A stretch of DNA of 64,000 nucleotides from a virus. Lineage: Duplodnaviria > Caudoviricetes. Shown one piece after another: positions 1 through 10,028 of this stretch; the stretch's first letter is position 1, and every line of letters starts with the position of its first letter. The translations under genes were made by a program, and so were the position numbers. Below the pieces are notes generated by a model. It was not told where the DNA came from, did not search any database, and saw nothing but the letters and a program-made list of their open reading frames with translations. The stretch lies in the IMG/VR virus record IMGVR_UViG_2920693923_000001, positions 32,001-96,000 of that record; one strand, given 5' to 3'.

Positions 1-530
1 AAATTAGATGTTTTCTTAGCTAATTCAGAAATAGAAGAATCTACTCTGTTGATCATAGTTAAAAGAGGTGAGAACTCATCACCATCTCCAACATCAGATA
101 TAACTTTCCGCATTGAACTAAGATGAGATTCCATTTTCTCGAATAAATTAATAACTGTCTTGAGTTGTTTTTCGTCAACTATTGAATTACCAATACCTTT
201 TCCATTACCTAAACCAGTTCCAAACGCCTTACCAGAAGCAAGAGATTTAACAACCTCTACCAACTTATCCAAACTTTTAACAGTCTCATCTATTCCTTGA
301 TCTTTTATCTGCACAACAAATTCTTGTGAAGATAATTGCTTTCTATATTTTTGAATCACCTTTTCGAATTCTGCTTGATTCTTTGAATTAGAAAAGTCAA
401 AATACATTTCAAGTTTATTATTTTGTAACTCTTTTTGTCCTTCGGATAACCCTTTTAATATCTGAGCAAGCAAATCAGATTTATCCAGCACAATACTGGC
501 GGTCATCGAAGCAGCTACATTATCTGGCAT
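1..530 (-). CDS. N-terminus of a long tail gene, probably tape measure protein (runs off window)
   Basis: ATG at 530 after GGAGG; open frame MPDNVAASMTASIVLDKSDLL... continues to base 1; helical composition; lies downstream of tail genes. Confidence 0.5.
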   Translation of the reverse strand, partial: MPDNVAASMTASIVLDKSDLLAQILKGLSEGQKELQNNKLEMYFDFSNSKNQAEFEKVIQKYRKQLSSQEFVVQIKDQGIDETVKSLDKLVEVVKSLASGKAFGTGLGNGKGIGNSIVDEKQLKTVINLFEKMESHLSSMRKVISDVGDGDEFSPLLTMINRVDSSISELAKKTSN

Positions 531-542
531 ATTAAATACCTC

Positions 543-1091
543 CTATCTTTTAACATATTTATTTACAGTGGATTCCCAATCTTTCTTGAAACGATCTCTC
601 GTATAAGATTCAAGACTTTCGCCCTGATTGAAATATGGATTAGTCCACGAATTCTCACTTCTAATATTTCTATTTCCAAACAAAGGGTTAGGTCTTGACC
701 AAGTCAAAGGTAATCCATGTATTCCCTGATTCCATTGTAGATCCAGTAAGAATGAGGCTGGATCAATTGAAGCACTATATTTGTTTTTCCATCTATATAT
801 AGAACTATCATTTTGTGTAGATAATCTTTCAAATTGGTTCATATCGACATATGAAGTAAAATATATGATAGCTTTACCATTTTTCTGTACAAGCTTATGT
901 GTGTAATCTAATGAGTTTACCATTGTACCTTGACTATCAATAAACCATTCCAAAGTAGACTTTTCTCGAATTTCTCTTTGTGCTTTATTGCCAGCAGAGA
1001 TATATCTATCCACGTATTTTTCTGTTAATCTATCTGCGAACTTTTTCAATTCTCTATCATTTATCTTTATGCCCGTAGCTCGAACAGCCAT
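543..1091 (-). CDS. hypothetical tail-region protein
   Basis: 182 aa ORF with GGAGGTG RBS. Confidence 0.6.
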   Translation of the reverse strand: MAVRATGIKINDRELKKFADRLTEKYVDRYISAGNKAQREIREKSTLEWFIDSQGTMVNSLDYTHKLVQKNGKAIIYFTSYVDMNQFERLSTQNDSSIYRWKNKYSASIDPASFLLDLQWNQGIHGLPLTWSRPNPLFGNRNIRSENSWTNPYFNQGESLESYTRDRFKKDWESTVNKYVKR

Positions 1092-1120
1092 TTTGTATCA
1101 CCTCCGTTTTGGAACATTAA

Positions 1121-1147
1121 AATAGGAGAGTAGCAATATTACTCTCC
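1121..1147 (-). terminator. intrinsic terminator, GGAGAG/CTCTCC hairpin family
   Basis: minus strand GGAGAGTAATATTGCTACTCTCC followed by TATTTT; related hairpins at 3239, 12662 and 29049. Confidence 0.65.
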
Positions 1148-1259
1148 GTAAGAAAAGCCCTATACGCTGTGACACGAATAGAGCCTGTTTATTTTATTTA
1201 TTATATATGATATAATTATTACACCTGTGGTAAATATAGGTAGATAAGGAATTACTGTA

Positions 1260-1346
1260 ATGGAAACCGCTTGTTCAGTCGTTTCTGCTTGTGTTGCAGT
1301 CTTAGGGCTTGTATATACAGTATACAGAGACAATAAAAAGAAATAA
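1260..1346 (+). CDS. 28-aa hydrophobic peptide, type I toxin-like (METACSVVSACVAVLGLVYTVYRDNKKK)
   Basis: TGATATAAT extended -10 at 1208-1216; AAGGA RBS; one hydrophobic segment plus basic tail; 5' leader 1230-1241 complementary to 1458-1469. Confidence 0.55.
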   Translation: METACSVVSACVAVLGLVYTVYRDNKKK

Positions 1347-1513
1347 TATAACCTATTATTTTAAGTAACACAGATGCGAGTATCTACTTGATAAGGTTGA
1401 TGTGATAGAACGGTAGAAGACCAGTCACCTTCTGCTACACAAAACTATAATAACAAAACCTATATTTACATAGTTCTTGAGGGACAACCTAACCAAGTAG
1501 AGAAAGTATTTGC

Positions 1514-1695
1514 TTGACAAGATGATTATAAATGTTATAATCAACAATAGAACAAGCAAATAATAAAATCCATTACATGTACTAATCCATATCTTCATTG
1601 CAATCTGACTAATTGTAGCCGAAGACTAAGAAGTACACTAGGAGGCAGGAGATAGCATCATATTATTCGTAATGTGGTGCTATCTCTCGTTTTAA
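1514..1695 (+). ncRNA. putative ~145-nt small RNA with own promoter and terminator
   Basis: TTGACA 1514-1519, 16 bp, TATAAT 1536-1541; no ORF; long hairpin with TTCG loop at 1649-1686 followed by T-run. Confidence 0.5.
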
Positions 1696-1712
1696 TAAGA
1701 AATTTGAATTTC

Positions 1713-2105
1713 CTATACACCTTTCAGGATGTAAATATATTCATTGTTGTGATAATCTTCGTTTGCTGAGTAATTTTCAAATTCAAAATTATGATATATT
1801 GATTCACATTCGATTTCATTTTGTGTATTTCTTGGATCAATTCTAAGTTCATGTGTTCTAACAGTCTTTATTTTATTGCCTGAAATCATACAGTCATATA
1901 ATAGAGGACTAAATGACAGTAAATGGATTACCATATTACTATTGGAAGTGTAAGAGACAGACTGAATTAAAGCTCCGTCAAGTTTGATCGTAACATCGTT
2001 ATCTAAGATGAAATCTACAGAAGTGTATTTATCAAAAATTAAGGAATCATATTTTTTATCATTTCCAATAATTTTAAATTCTCCAAGATGATTTAAATTA
2101 TTCAT
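1713..2105 (-). CDS. hypothetical protein (start refined to MNNLNHLG)
   Basis: AAGAGGT RBS before ATG at 2105. Confidence 0.6.
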   Translation of the reverse strand: MNNLNHLGEFKIIGNDKKYDSLIFDKYTSVDFILDNDVTIKLDGALIQSVSYTSNSNMVIHLLSFSPLLYDCMISGNKIKTVRTHELRIDPRNTQNEIECESIYHNFEFENYSANEDYHNNEYIYILKGV

Positions 2106-2109
2106 ATTC

Positions 2110-2742
2110 TTATACCTCTTTAAAATTTGCGGTACTACTAAGTTTATAATCATCAAGAATCTTTCTCAACTCATCATTGGATAAACTATCAATTTTCTTA
2201 TTCACAACTTCGACAAGCGGTGTGAGAGTAGCATTCGTCAAATCGGAAATCCTTCCAATCTGTTTGCTAATAAACGCCTGAGCTGTTGTCTCATTGAACT
2301 GAGTGTCTGACTGCTTCATTGTTAAAATGGTCTTAAATTCACTCAGTTCGCTCATAGGAATAAGTGGATCAGCTTTATCAGAACCAACCATTAAAATATC
2401 AAGTAAGCCAGATGATTTAAGTGCATCATATCCCTTGATAAATCCTCTATCGTCCTCGTCAATCTCAAGATCTGTATATAATTCAATTACGGCACGACAA
2501 AACTGTACATACTGAGCAACAGAATTTACTCTAATCTTATCTGTTTTACGATACTTTGCTACTCCGTTATCATCATAAGCTTCCTGCTCAAATGTTGTCT
2601 TATTTACAATTAACTGTGCGTAAGCATCTTTCTTAATGATTGAAACATATGGGGTGATTTTAACCTTTTCCTTAATAAATCTGTCTTTTAACTGCTGATT
2701 TGCCATGTTATTGTATCTCTCTACAAATTCTAAAATTTTCAT
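2110..2742 (-). CDS. hypothetical protein, possible tail assembly chaperone
   Basis: 210 aa ORF with AAGGAG RBS; function inferred from position only. Confidence 0.45.
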   Translation of the reverse strand: MKILEFVERYNNMANQQLKDRFIKEKVKITPYVSIIKKDAYAQLIVNKTTFEQEAYDDNGVAKYRKTDKIRVNSVAQYVQFCRAVIELYTDLEIDEDDRGFIKGYDALKSSGLLDILMVGSDKADPLIPMSELSEFKTILTMKQSDTQFNETTAQAFISKQIGRISDLTNATLTPLVEVVNKKIDSLSNDELRKILDDYKLSSTANFKEV

Positions 2743-2757
2743 ATTCTTTTTTCTCCT

Positions 2758-3219
2758 TTAGTTCTTATTTTTCTTTGCTTCTCTACGAAGTTTTTTCAAC
2801 TGATCGTATTCAATCCAGCCACCATATTTAAGATTTCTACATATGAATGTAAGATTTAGTTCTGGATATCTCAACCAAAATAATTTTCTTTTCAATAAGC
2901 TAAGATTATCTGGATTACCTTTTACATCAAAAACTTGTACAGTCCCATCAGACCATGTTATATTGAAATCACTTCTATATTTTATTGGTAAAATTGTTTT
3001 ATCTTTGTACTTAAATTTATCTTGAAGAACATATTCTACTTGTCGTTCATATGATAAAATTTCACCTGATTCTAGTTTCGGCTCTATAAACTCTTGAAGA
3101 AATTTAAGTTCTGTTAAACTATCATAGGTTGTTCCTTTATATGTTCTCTTTTTCTTTCCTTCTTCTGTAATATCTACATGATATTTAGAAGTTTTTCGTT
3201 TATTTGCTATAAAATTCAT
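2758..3219 (-). CDS. DUF1064-like PD-(D/E)XK nuclease
   Basis: YDSxxE, YxSDF and FDVKG motifs typical of DUF1064 phage proteins. Confidence 0.75.
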   Translation of the reverse strand: MNFIANKRKTSKYHVDITEEGKKKRTYKGTTYDSLTELKFLQEFIEPKLESGEILSYERQVEYVLQDKFKYKDKTILPIKYRSDFNITWSDGTVQVFDVKGNPDNLSLLKRKLFWLRYPELNLTFICRNLKYGGWIEYDQLKKLRREAKKNKN

Positions 3220-3371
3220 TCCTTTCTGTTTAAGAGCAGGAGAGGTCTAGTCATCCTCTCCAAATATAAAAATGCCCTTACCACATGACTAGCGAGTGGT
3301 AAAGACACTTGCATAACAAAAGAGCAGCTTCCGAAGAAACCGCTCTTTCTAAAACATATTTGTTTAATTTT

Positions 3372-3548
3372 TTACATCGCTAATTGCATAGGATATAATT
3401 CCCACTTACCATTAGGATATTTAGTTACATTATCCATGACAACCTTATGTACTTCTTCTAAACTTCCCACATTTTCATCAACATGAATCACTTTACCACC
3501 CAAAATTGAAATCTCCTCACAGATTACATTAAAGTAACATCTTTCCAT
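3372..3548 (-). CDS. 58-aa hypothetical protein (MERCYFNVICEE...)
   Basis: GGAGG RBS directly after the HTH gene; not in ORF track. Confidence 0.55.
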   Translation of the reverse strand: MERCYFNVICEEISILGGKVIHVDENVGSLEEVHKVVMDNVTKYPNGKWELYPMQLAM

Positions 3549-3560
3549 ACTTATTCCTCC

Positions 3561-3758
3561 TCATTTAGATATACAAAATAACTCGTATATATCAACTTTA
3601 AGAACACGAGATAATGTGATTGCATTAGTAAGAAGTATATCACTTGTATTATCATTTTCTATTTTGTTAATAGCTGCAACCGATAAACCGGTAAGTCTTG
3701 ATAGCTCTTGTAATGTGAATCCTCTTTGATTCCTGTAATACCACACTTTGTTCTTCAT
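3561..3758 (-). CDS. XRE-family helix-turn-helix regulator
   Basis: TLQELSRLTGLSVAAINKIEN HTH_3 pattern. Confidence 0.85.
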   Translation of the reverse strand: MKNKVWYYRNQRGFTLQELSRLTGLSVAAINKIENDNTSDILLTNAITLSRVLKVDIYELFCISK

Positions 3759-3834
3759 AATGTTAATATGTACAAATGTATTTTATTTATGTACTATATT
3801 ATAATATGAGTAATTTTTACTGTGGCAGAAATAT

Positions 3835-4308
3835 TTAATCATCCTTAATTGGCAAACTTAATACTTCTGGTTTCAATTTTTCGTGGTAAATATCATCGCC
3901 CCCAGCGGCTTCGTAAATTTTCCCTAACTCCGTAAAAGTTTTTAATCCAGAATTGTCAACATAACCTTTTTCAGAAAATTTAGCATGTAATCCATATAAC
4001 TGATTTCTTAATGTCGCAACTGTACGCTCTTTATCAGCTCTTTCTTTTTCAGTTAATTGACATTTTATATCATCTATACCCTTTGACATTTTAGATATTT
4101 CTTTGTATTGCCAATTGTCATGTTTCTCCAAAGTCATAAGTCGGTTCTTAATATTTTCTTTGTCCTGATCAGAGCCAGTTTTAATTCGTCCCTTTTCCTT
4201 AAAGTAGGAGATTAGATCAATTATTTCTTTGGTAGCAAATAAAAGTAAGAAAACTGCTAGGATAACACTTATATAATTTTGATTAAATACTGCTTCTATA
4301 TATTTCAT
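3835..4308 (-). CDS. membrane protein of the lysis module (holin/antiholin-like)
   Basis: N-terminal hydrophobic helix plus coiled coil; directly after endolysin. Confidence 0.5.
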   Translation of the reverse strand: MKYIEAVFNQNYISVILAVFLLLFATKEIIDLISYFKEKGRIKTGSDQDKENIKNRLMTLEKHDNWQYKEISKMSKGIDDIKCQLTEKERADKERTVATLRNQLYGLHAKFSEKGYVDNSGLKTFTELGKIYEAAGGDDIYHEKLKPEVLSLPIKDD

Positions 4309-4321
4309 TCAAGCCACCTTT

Positions 4322-5302
4322 CTAAGAACATAAGTCCTTGAAAGTTTTCTTAACAGCTTTCGATGTTCCACAAGCTTTCTTTAATCCTTGACCAAACACA
4401 CCAGGATATTCGATACCCTTGGGGTCTTTTCCTTTGAGTGCACATAATATCTCAAGTGCGGTTACTAACCACTGCCTTTCACCTACTTTAACATAGTGTG
4501 ATCCAAAAGCTTTGTCTGTAGCAGAACCCCAAATTCCGTCAACTGACAGTTTTGCTCCATAATCCTTATTTAAAGCGGTCTGAACAACTTTAATGGCAGC
4601 TTTCTTTGTTTTATTTCCCCAGATACCATCAGCAACAATGTTACAACCTACAAACTTATTAGCTGCTTTTTGCCCATTTGCCACGATCTTCTTTTTTGCA
4701 TGATTAGATGTAGAAGTAGAAGATGGGGTTGTCGTAGATGCCGATGGTGTTTTTGAAGTAGTATTGGAAGATAATTTATTATAAAACTCTGTTTTCCATA
4801 AATTATTTTTTGTTTCATTTCCACACCAATATGCCGGACACGCTTTGCCTGTACGGTCGAAATGTCTCAGAACATGGTCTTGTGGGATATGATACTTTTT
4901 CATTAATTTTTTCGTAAGTTCAATAGCATTGTTGATAGTAGCTTTTGATGGATAAATAGTTCCATCTCTTTTTGTATCACACAATTCAATACTAATACTA
5001 TTGCTGTTAGTACAAAGAGTATAATATTTTCCTCCACCAGTTATATTACAGTTGCTATATCTTGTACCACCAACAGACCATGCAACATAATTATCTGGGA
5101 CTGATTGTGTTACAGAATCATCATCAACAAAATAATGTGCAGATGCCTCCACATAATTATTAGAAAAATATCTGGAATTCGATTCATCAGAATCTCCATC
5201 ATTACCTGTGTAATGTATGAAAATATATTTAATTGCAGATGTACTTCTTTTTGCTCCGTAATTTCTTTTATTAGCTAAATTCTTTTTCATTTTGTAGGAC
5301 AT
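4322..5302 (-). CDS. endolysin, N-acetylmuramoyl-L-alanine amidase (Amidase_2) with peptidoglycan-binding repeats
   Basis: IFIHYTGN, ASAHYFVD, SISIELC, RHFD..GKACP; S/T linker; DGIWG repeats. Confidence 0.92.
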   Translation of the reverse strand: MSYKMKKNLANKRNYGAKRSTSAIKYIFIHYTGNDGDSDESNSRYFSNNYVEASAHYFVDDDSVTQSVPDNYVAWSVGGTRYSNCNITGGGKYYTLCTNSNSISIELCDTKRDGTIYPSKATINNAIELTKKLMKKYHIPQDHVLRHFDRTGKACPAYWCGNETKNNLWKTEFYNKLSSNTTSKTPSASTTTPSSTSTSNHAKKKIVANGQKAANKFVGCNIVADGIWGNKTKKAAIKVVQTALNKDYGAKLSVDGIWGSATDKAFGSHYVKVGERQWLVTALEILCALKGKDPKGIEYPGVFGQGLKKACGTSKAVKKTFKDLCS

Positions 5303-5313
5303 TAAATCACCTC

Positions 5314-5697
5314 CTACTTGTTCTTTAAGTCAAATAAACTGGATTCAATTAAAGAATCTAAATATTCGTCAAAATCTGCATTTGCCGCTTTAAGGCATTC
5401 AAAAGCAGAAGTCGATAACGCAAAAATAATCTTACTCTTTGCAATCTGACGAACTTCTTCTTTTTTATCCTCCGTCCATGCATCAGTACCCTTAACTCCC
5501 TTAACTTCTGTTTCATATACATCTTTAACTACAGATAAAACATTTTTCTGTAGAATTTCGGTATATTTATCAATCTTTTTTGCCTCTGTATACTTCTTAA
5601 TTTCGTTTCCAATATAAGTCAGTACAGGAAGTAATATAACTGTCCAAATTGTCACAATTACCTCGTCCCAATTTAATGAATTTAATAATTCTTTCAT
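5314..5697 (-). CDS. holin
   Basis: start refined to MKELL after GGAAAGGAG; single N-terminal TM segment; directly upstream of endolysin. Confidence 0.7.
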   Translation of the reverse strand: MKELLNSLNWDEVIVTIWTVILLPVLTYIGNEIKKYTEAKKIDKYTEILQKNVLSVVKDVYETEVKGVKGTDAWTEDKKEEVRQIAKSKIIFALSTSAFECLKAANADFDEYLDSLIESSLFDLKNK

Positions 5698-5750
5698 AAT
5701 TCTTTCTCCTTTCCAAACAAAAAAGAACGGGTTTACCGTTCTCGTCATAG

Positions 5751-6857
5751 TTACTTATTTAATTGTCTTAATATCTCAACACATCGTTGTAGATTACTGC
5801 ATAAATAATCTAATTCGTCATTTGTTTCGTATCCACTAAATGTCATACGAATACCGTTATGTATTAATTTTTCATCCACTCCAATTGCTGTAAGGGTAGA
5901 AGATGGAGTTAAATCACCTGATGTACATGCAGAGCCAGTTGATACTTGTATATCTGCCATGTCTAATAATATCATTAATGACTCACCCTCAATGCCTTCG
6001 AAACAGACATATAAATTGTGTGGTAAACGATCTTTAATATTTGTACCAATAATATGTGAGTCTTCTATATTATTAATAATAAAATCATAAACATAATCTC
6101 TACTATCAGATGTAACAGAAGAGTAGTTATAATTCTCAACTGCTTTCCCCAGTGCGGCAATACCTATTAAATTTTCAGTTCCACTAAATAATCCATGTTC
6201 TTGTGAGCCATATATAAGCGGTTCTAATTCAATTGATGATTTCTTGTATAGAACACCAGTACCTTTTAATGCTCCAAGTTTATGTGCAGAGAATCCTAAA
6301 CCATCAACATTCAGTTTCTTTACGTCAACAGGAATTTGACTGATAGATCCTGTACAATCAACATAAACAATAGCATTGTAAAAGTGGCATATATTAATAA
6401 CCTGTTGTATATCCTGAATTGTCCCTATCTCAGAATTGGCGTATTCTATAACAACAAGTTTTTTCATAGGGTTCATAGACAAACACTCTTTGAGATCTTG
6501 AAAATCAATTTTTCCTGTGTAGTCAACTTTAAGTGGGCATTTATATTTCAATGATTCCACACATTTCAGGACTGACTTATGAGATGTAGGCGAGTATAAA
6601 ACCATGCAATGATGTTTATTTGTATAACCTTTAATAAATAACGTGTTATTGGCTGAACCGCCTGATGTAAATATAATATCTTTAGAATCTGCATTGATGA
6701 ATTTTGCAACATTATTTCTTGCAGTAGTAATAATTTTCTTTGCTTCAACACCCGATTGGTACATTGACGATGGATTCTGATATGTATCCAAAAGAGATAC
6801 CATATAATCTTTAACTTGTGGTAACAATGGGGTAGTAGCTGCGTAGTCAAGATACAT
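5751..6857 (-). CDS. iscS: cysteine desulfurase (IscS/NifS, PLP-dependent)
   Basis: YLDYAATTP, FTSGG, NSEIGTIQ, FSAHK (PLP lysine), STGSACTS (catalytic Cys). Confidence 0.93.
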   Translation of the reverse strand: MYLDYAATTPLLPQVKDYMVSLLDTYQNPSSMYQSGVEAKKIITTARNNVAKFINADSKDIIFTSGGSANNTLFIKGYTNKHHCMVLYSPTSHKSVLKCVESLKYKCPLKVDYTGKIDFQDLKECLSMNPMKKLVVIEYANSEIGTIQDIQQVINICHFYNAIVYVDCTGSISQIPVDVKKLNVDGLGFSAHKLGALKGTGVLYKKSSIELEPLIYGSQEHGLFSGTENLIGIAALGKAVENYNYSSVTSDSRDYVYDFIINNIEDSHIIGTNIKDRLPHNLYVCFEGIEGESLMILLDMADIQVSTGSACTSGDLTPSSTLTAIGVDEKLIHNGIRMTFSGYETNDELDYLCSNLQRCVEILRQLNK

Positions 6858-6869
6858 ACAATCACCTAC

Positions 6870-7091
6870 CTAATCTAACTCATAATTACACCACTTTTTA
6901 TACACTTCAGTCGTGTCTGCTTTAAGAAATACCATTGCCAAAATTACATTATTTGTTTTATCATCTATACTCGTATACATATCAACTGGATATACATTAT
7001 TTTTAATATATAGTAGATACTGTTTAGGGTTGACAATCCTAACTGCTTCATGTGGAGAATAATCTCTTGTTTTTAAATTCGTTTCTATCAT
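6870..7091 (-). CDS. small hypothetical protein
   Basis: 73 aa ORF, co-oriented in operon. Confidence 0.55.
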   Translation of the reverse strand: MIETNLKTRDYSPHEAVRIVNPKQYLLYIKNNVYPVDMYTSIDDKTNNVILAMVFLKADTTEVYKKWCNYELD

Positions 7092-7200
7092 TTCCCTTTC
7101 ATTCCTTTATCTGTATTACCGTAAAAAAATGGGAATACAACATTTGAATAGTAATGTTATATTCCCATCAGAATTTTCTAAAATCACTATTCAAATTGCA

Positions 7201-7590
7201 TCACCCTTTCTTCTTAGGCGAATACTTAATCTTTTCATACTTATTTATATTTTCCTTGGTTAAATTATTAGTTGTATCTGTTGGAATAGAATCCTGTATA
7301 GTGTCATTTTCAATTTTGTCTGATATTGAGTTTGCTCTTATATCAGCGATAACGTTCTGATAACTTCCACCAAAATTATTTAGTCCAGATAAATCAAGTT
7401 TATCTAATCTATTTTTTGCTTTATTTGCTGTAAGTTTGTGATTTGCATAAGAAGACGTTATAAGATAAATATCATGACAATTTTCACTACAGAATGTGAA
7501 CATCCAAGTAGGCTTATCCTTATCTTTTCCACAGACGGGACAATACTCATATGACTTATAACAAACAGCACATATCTTTTCCTTACTCAA
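7201..7590 (-). CDS. zinc-finger protein
   Basis: CxxC-x6-CxxC...CSxxC; GGAGG RBS with TTG start. Confidence 0.65.
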   Translation of the reverse strand: MSKEKICAVCYKSYEYCPVCGKDKDKPTWMFTFCSENCHDIYLITSSYANHKLTANKAKNRLDKLDLSGLNNFGGSYQNVIADIRANSISDKIENDTIQDSIPTDTTNNLTKENINKYEKIKYSPKKKG

Positions 7591-7664
7591 GGTAATCCTC
7601 CTTTAAAAAGAAGAGTGATAGTATAAGGACTACCACTCTTATAATTGATTAGGTTGATATCAGA

Positions 7665-8459
7665 TTAGGCTTCCTCTGGCTCATCAATGAAGTAGATTTC
7701 TACCATCATCTGCTCAGTTGTACATGTATCAGTAAGGATTGAACCCTTATAATCCATAGTCTGTGAGTCGCCACCCTCAAGTGCAATTGTTACCTCTGGA
7801 CTTGGAATGAATGAAGCGATGTGGATAACAACGGCTCTAAAGCTTTCCTTATCACATGGATCAACTGCAAGTGCCTTAACAAACAATTCGTGAGCTTTAG
7901 GGAACTTGTTACCAGTAATAGATACTTTTGCACCACTCTTAACCTTTTTCTTGTATTTGATGAAGAACTCTGTTTCATCATCTGCCTTTGGTGGAGTAAG
8001 TACATGTGTTGCAATACCAAACTCAGTCTTTGTAGCGGTTTCAGGGGTAGCAGCAAGCTTATATTCCTTACCAAGAGCACCATTTGCAAGACCAGATACA
8101 ACTGCTGAACCATCAACATAATCTTCTGAAAGATCAAGTGTTTCGCCAGCTTTAAGAGTTGTAAGAATCGGCATCTCAATAGCATTATCACTTGTTGCGA
8201 TTTCTGCATCTGTTGCAGCAATAGTTGAAACGACAGCAAGGTTAAGAAATGCGTTTGTTGCAGTAACATCGCCCTTCTTACCTGTATACTTTCTATATAC
8301 AAGATTACCTCTTGCGTCATTAACGTCTGTTGAATCAGCAGTAATGTCAATATTAAAATTATTAAGCTGAGTAAGAGCATACAGTGGGACACCAGCTTTA
8401 GTAGCACCATAACCAAACTGCGCTCTATCAATAATTACGTCACCAATCTTAAATGCCAT
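7665..8459 (-). CDS. major tail (tube) protein, probable
   Basis: 264 aa, strong RBS, beta-rich, flanked by terminators, downstream of neck genes. Confidence 0.6.
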   Translation of the reverse strand: MAFKIGDVIIDRAQFGYGATKAGVPLYALTQLNNFNIDITADSTDVNDARGNLVYRKYTGKKGDVTATNAFLNLAVVSTIAATDAEIATSDNAIEMPILTTLKAGETLDLSEDYVDGSAVVSGLANGALGKEYKLAATPETATKTEFGIATHVLTPPKADDETEFFIKYKKKVKSGAKVSITGNKFPKAHELFVKALAVDPCDKESFRAVVIHIASFIPSPEVTIALEGGDSQTMDYKGSILTDTCTTEQMMVEIYFIDEPEEA

Positions 8460-8529
8460 AATTTTATTTCCTCCTTAAATTATTAAAAATTTGTATAAAA
8501 AAGAACATCCAAATAGATGTTCAAATTAA

Positions 8530-9363
8530 CTATATTTCTCTCATAAAATTAAATTGTTCTTTATCAATTTTACTTGTGTCACAGAACCCAGAATAACTTC
8601 CACCCATCAATGCATGGGTTTGCTCATATATTTGAAGTCTTTGAACTGCATCGTAAAATTGATATATTTTTACTTGTTTTAATTCTTCAAGCTTGTATTT
8701 AAATCCAGGGTGATTTGTCAATGCTGAAATAATAGGTAAAAGATTAGACTCAGAATTATCATCTGGTTTTTTCATAGATAAGTTCATTTGATCTTCTTGT
8801 CTCATCCAATCTCTAGTAGTTCTTCCTTTTGCCTTTTCAACTTTAGGATGAATATTCATAATGGTTCTGATATACTCAGCAATTTCCATATATTCATTTT
8901 CTGACAATAGAATATTAGACTCTGGATTATATAACCCAAATTGTTCTTCTGAATTTTCATCAGTATAAGGAACAATTTTATAGTCTAGGAAATTTACATC
9001 ATGAAATATCAAATGAAGTGGAGAATAATCTTGTTCTGGAATTTGAGATAATAGATTATATACCTCTATATCTTTTACCTTGCACCAATTTTCTACACCG
9101 AGATTAAATAGCATAAGACGAATCGAAGTGGAATTATTAATAAATGGGGAGATAGCAGTGTAAAATTTTGCTTCACCAATATCTAAAATATCACCTATAG
9201 TTGGTTGGGATATTTTAATTCCGTGAACATAATAATCTTCACCAAAGAAAAGTTTTAATTTATCAAAATGATATTTATCATTAGATGATTTTTGTTTCTT
9301 TTGGTTGTCTTCAATAGTAGCGGTTTGAATTGCATCCAATGCACCAGACGATATATTAGCCAT
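8530..9363 (-). CDS. tail/neck-region protein
   Basis: 277 aa; position in morphogenesis operon. Confidence 0.5.
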   Translation of the reverse strand: MANISSGALDAIQTATIEDNQKKQKSSNDKYHFDKLKLFFGEDYYVHGIKISQPTIGDILDIGEAKFYTAISPFINNSTSIRLMLFNLGVENWCKVKDIEVYNLLSQIPEQDYSPLHLIFHDVNFLDYKIVPYTDENSEEQFGLYNPESNILLSENEYMEIAEYIRTIMNIHPKVEKAKGRTTRDWMRQEDQMNLSMKKPDDNSESNLLPIISALTNHPGFKYKLEELKQVKIYQFYDAVQRLQIYEQTHALMGGSYSGFCDTSKIDKEQFNFMREI

Positions 9364-9367
9364 AATA

Positions 9368-10018
9368 TCACCGCCTTAACTGATAATTACTCAAACTTGT
9401 TTTCCCATTGGTTGTATTTACGATTCCATTAGTGTCAATAACTTGGAATACAAGAGTGCGAACAAGATAATTATTATCTGTAGTAGATTCCTTTGATGAT
9501 ACAAGATGTGTCTGCATCCCAAATATATTTGACCAATTAAATCGCTCTCTTATAATAGAGGCAATAAGATCATGTCTTGGAATCCTTGTTAATTTATCCA
9601 TTCTATCGTTTCCATGAACAAATATTGTAAATGTGATAGTTGTATATTTTAATGTGTCTTGATATCTCGGTGTTTCATCAAAAGACACTTGATAACAAAT
9701 ATAATGTTTTACCTCTGTTTGAGTATCTGGAATAAATAAAAAAGGACGGATATTTGAATTACTTCCAAAATATCTATCCCATTCTCCAAGAGGTTCATAT
9801 TCCTTGGTATCTTCATCCCATTCCCAGTTAATATTACCATCTTCATCGAAAAGTTCAGATTCTAATGATTTCTCGTTAAGTGCATATAAAAGACATGGAT
9901 TAAGCATAAGTGCTTTCTCAATCTTTTTCTTATACTGAATATTTTCATCATCAGGAGTTGTCTTATACGCACGAAGTTTGTTTAACAAATCATTCTTTGT
10001 AACCAATTTTTCTGCCAT
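9368..10018 (-). CDS. neck/tail-terminator-like protein
   Basis: 216 aa; synteny between head closure and tail tube genes. Confidence 0.45.
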   Translation of the reverse strand: MAEKLVTKNDLLNKLRAYKTTPDDENIQYKKKIEKALMLNPCLLYALNEKSLESELFDEDGNINWEWDEDTKEYEPLGEWDRYFGSNSNIRPFLFIPDTQTEVKHYICYQVSFDETPRYQDTLKYTTITFTIFVHGNDRMDKLTRIPRHDLIASIIRERFNWSNIFGMQTHLVSSKESTTDNNYLVRTLVFQVIDTNGIVNTTNGKTSLSNYQLRR

Positions 10019-10028
10019 ACAATACCTC

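Noticed and set aside
7790-8431. 213-aa alternative-frame ORF over the tail tube gene, and similar shadow ORFs (e.g. 6566-6865, 14784-15140, 45239-45652, 63763-63996)
   Set aside because: They overlap well-supported genes, lack an RBS, and have the L/Q/M-rich composition typical of off-frame translation.
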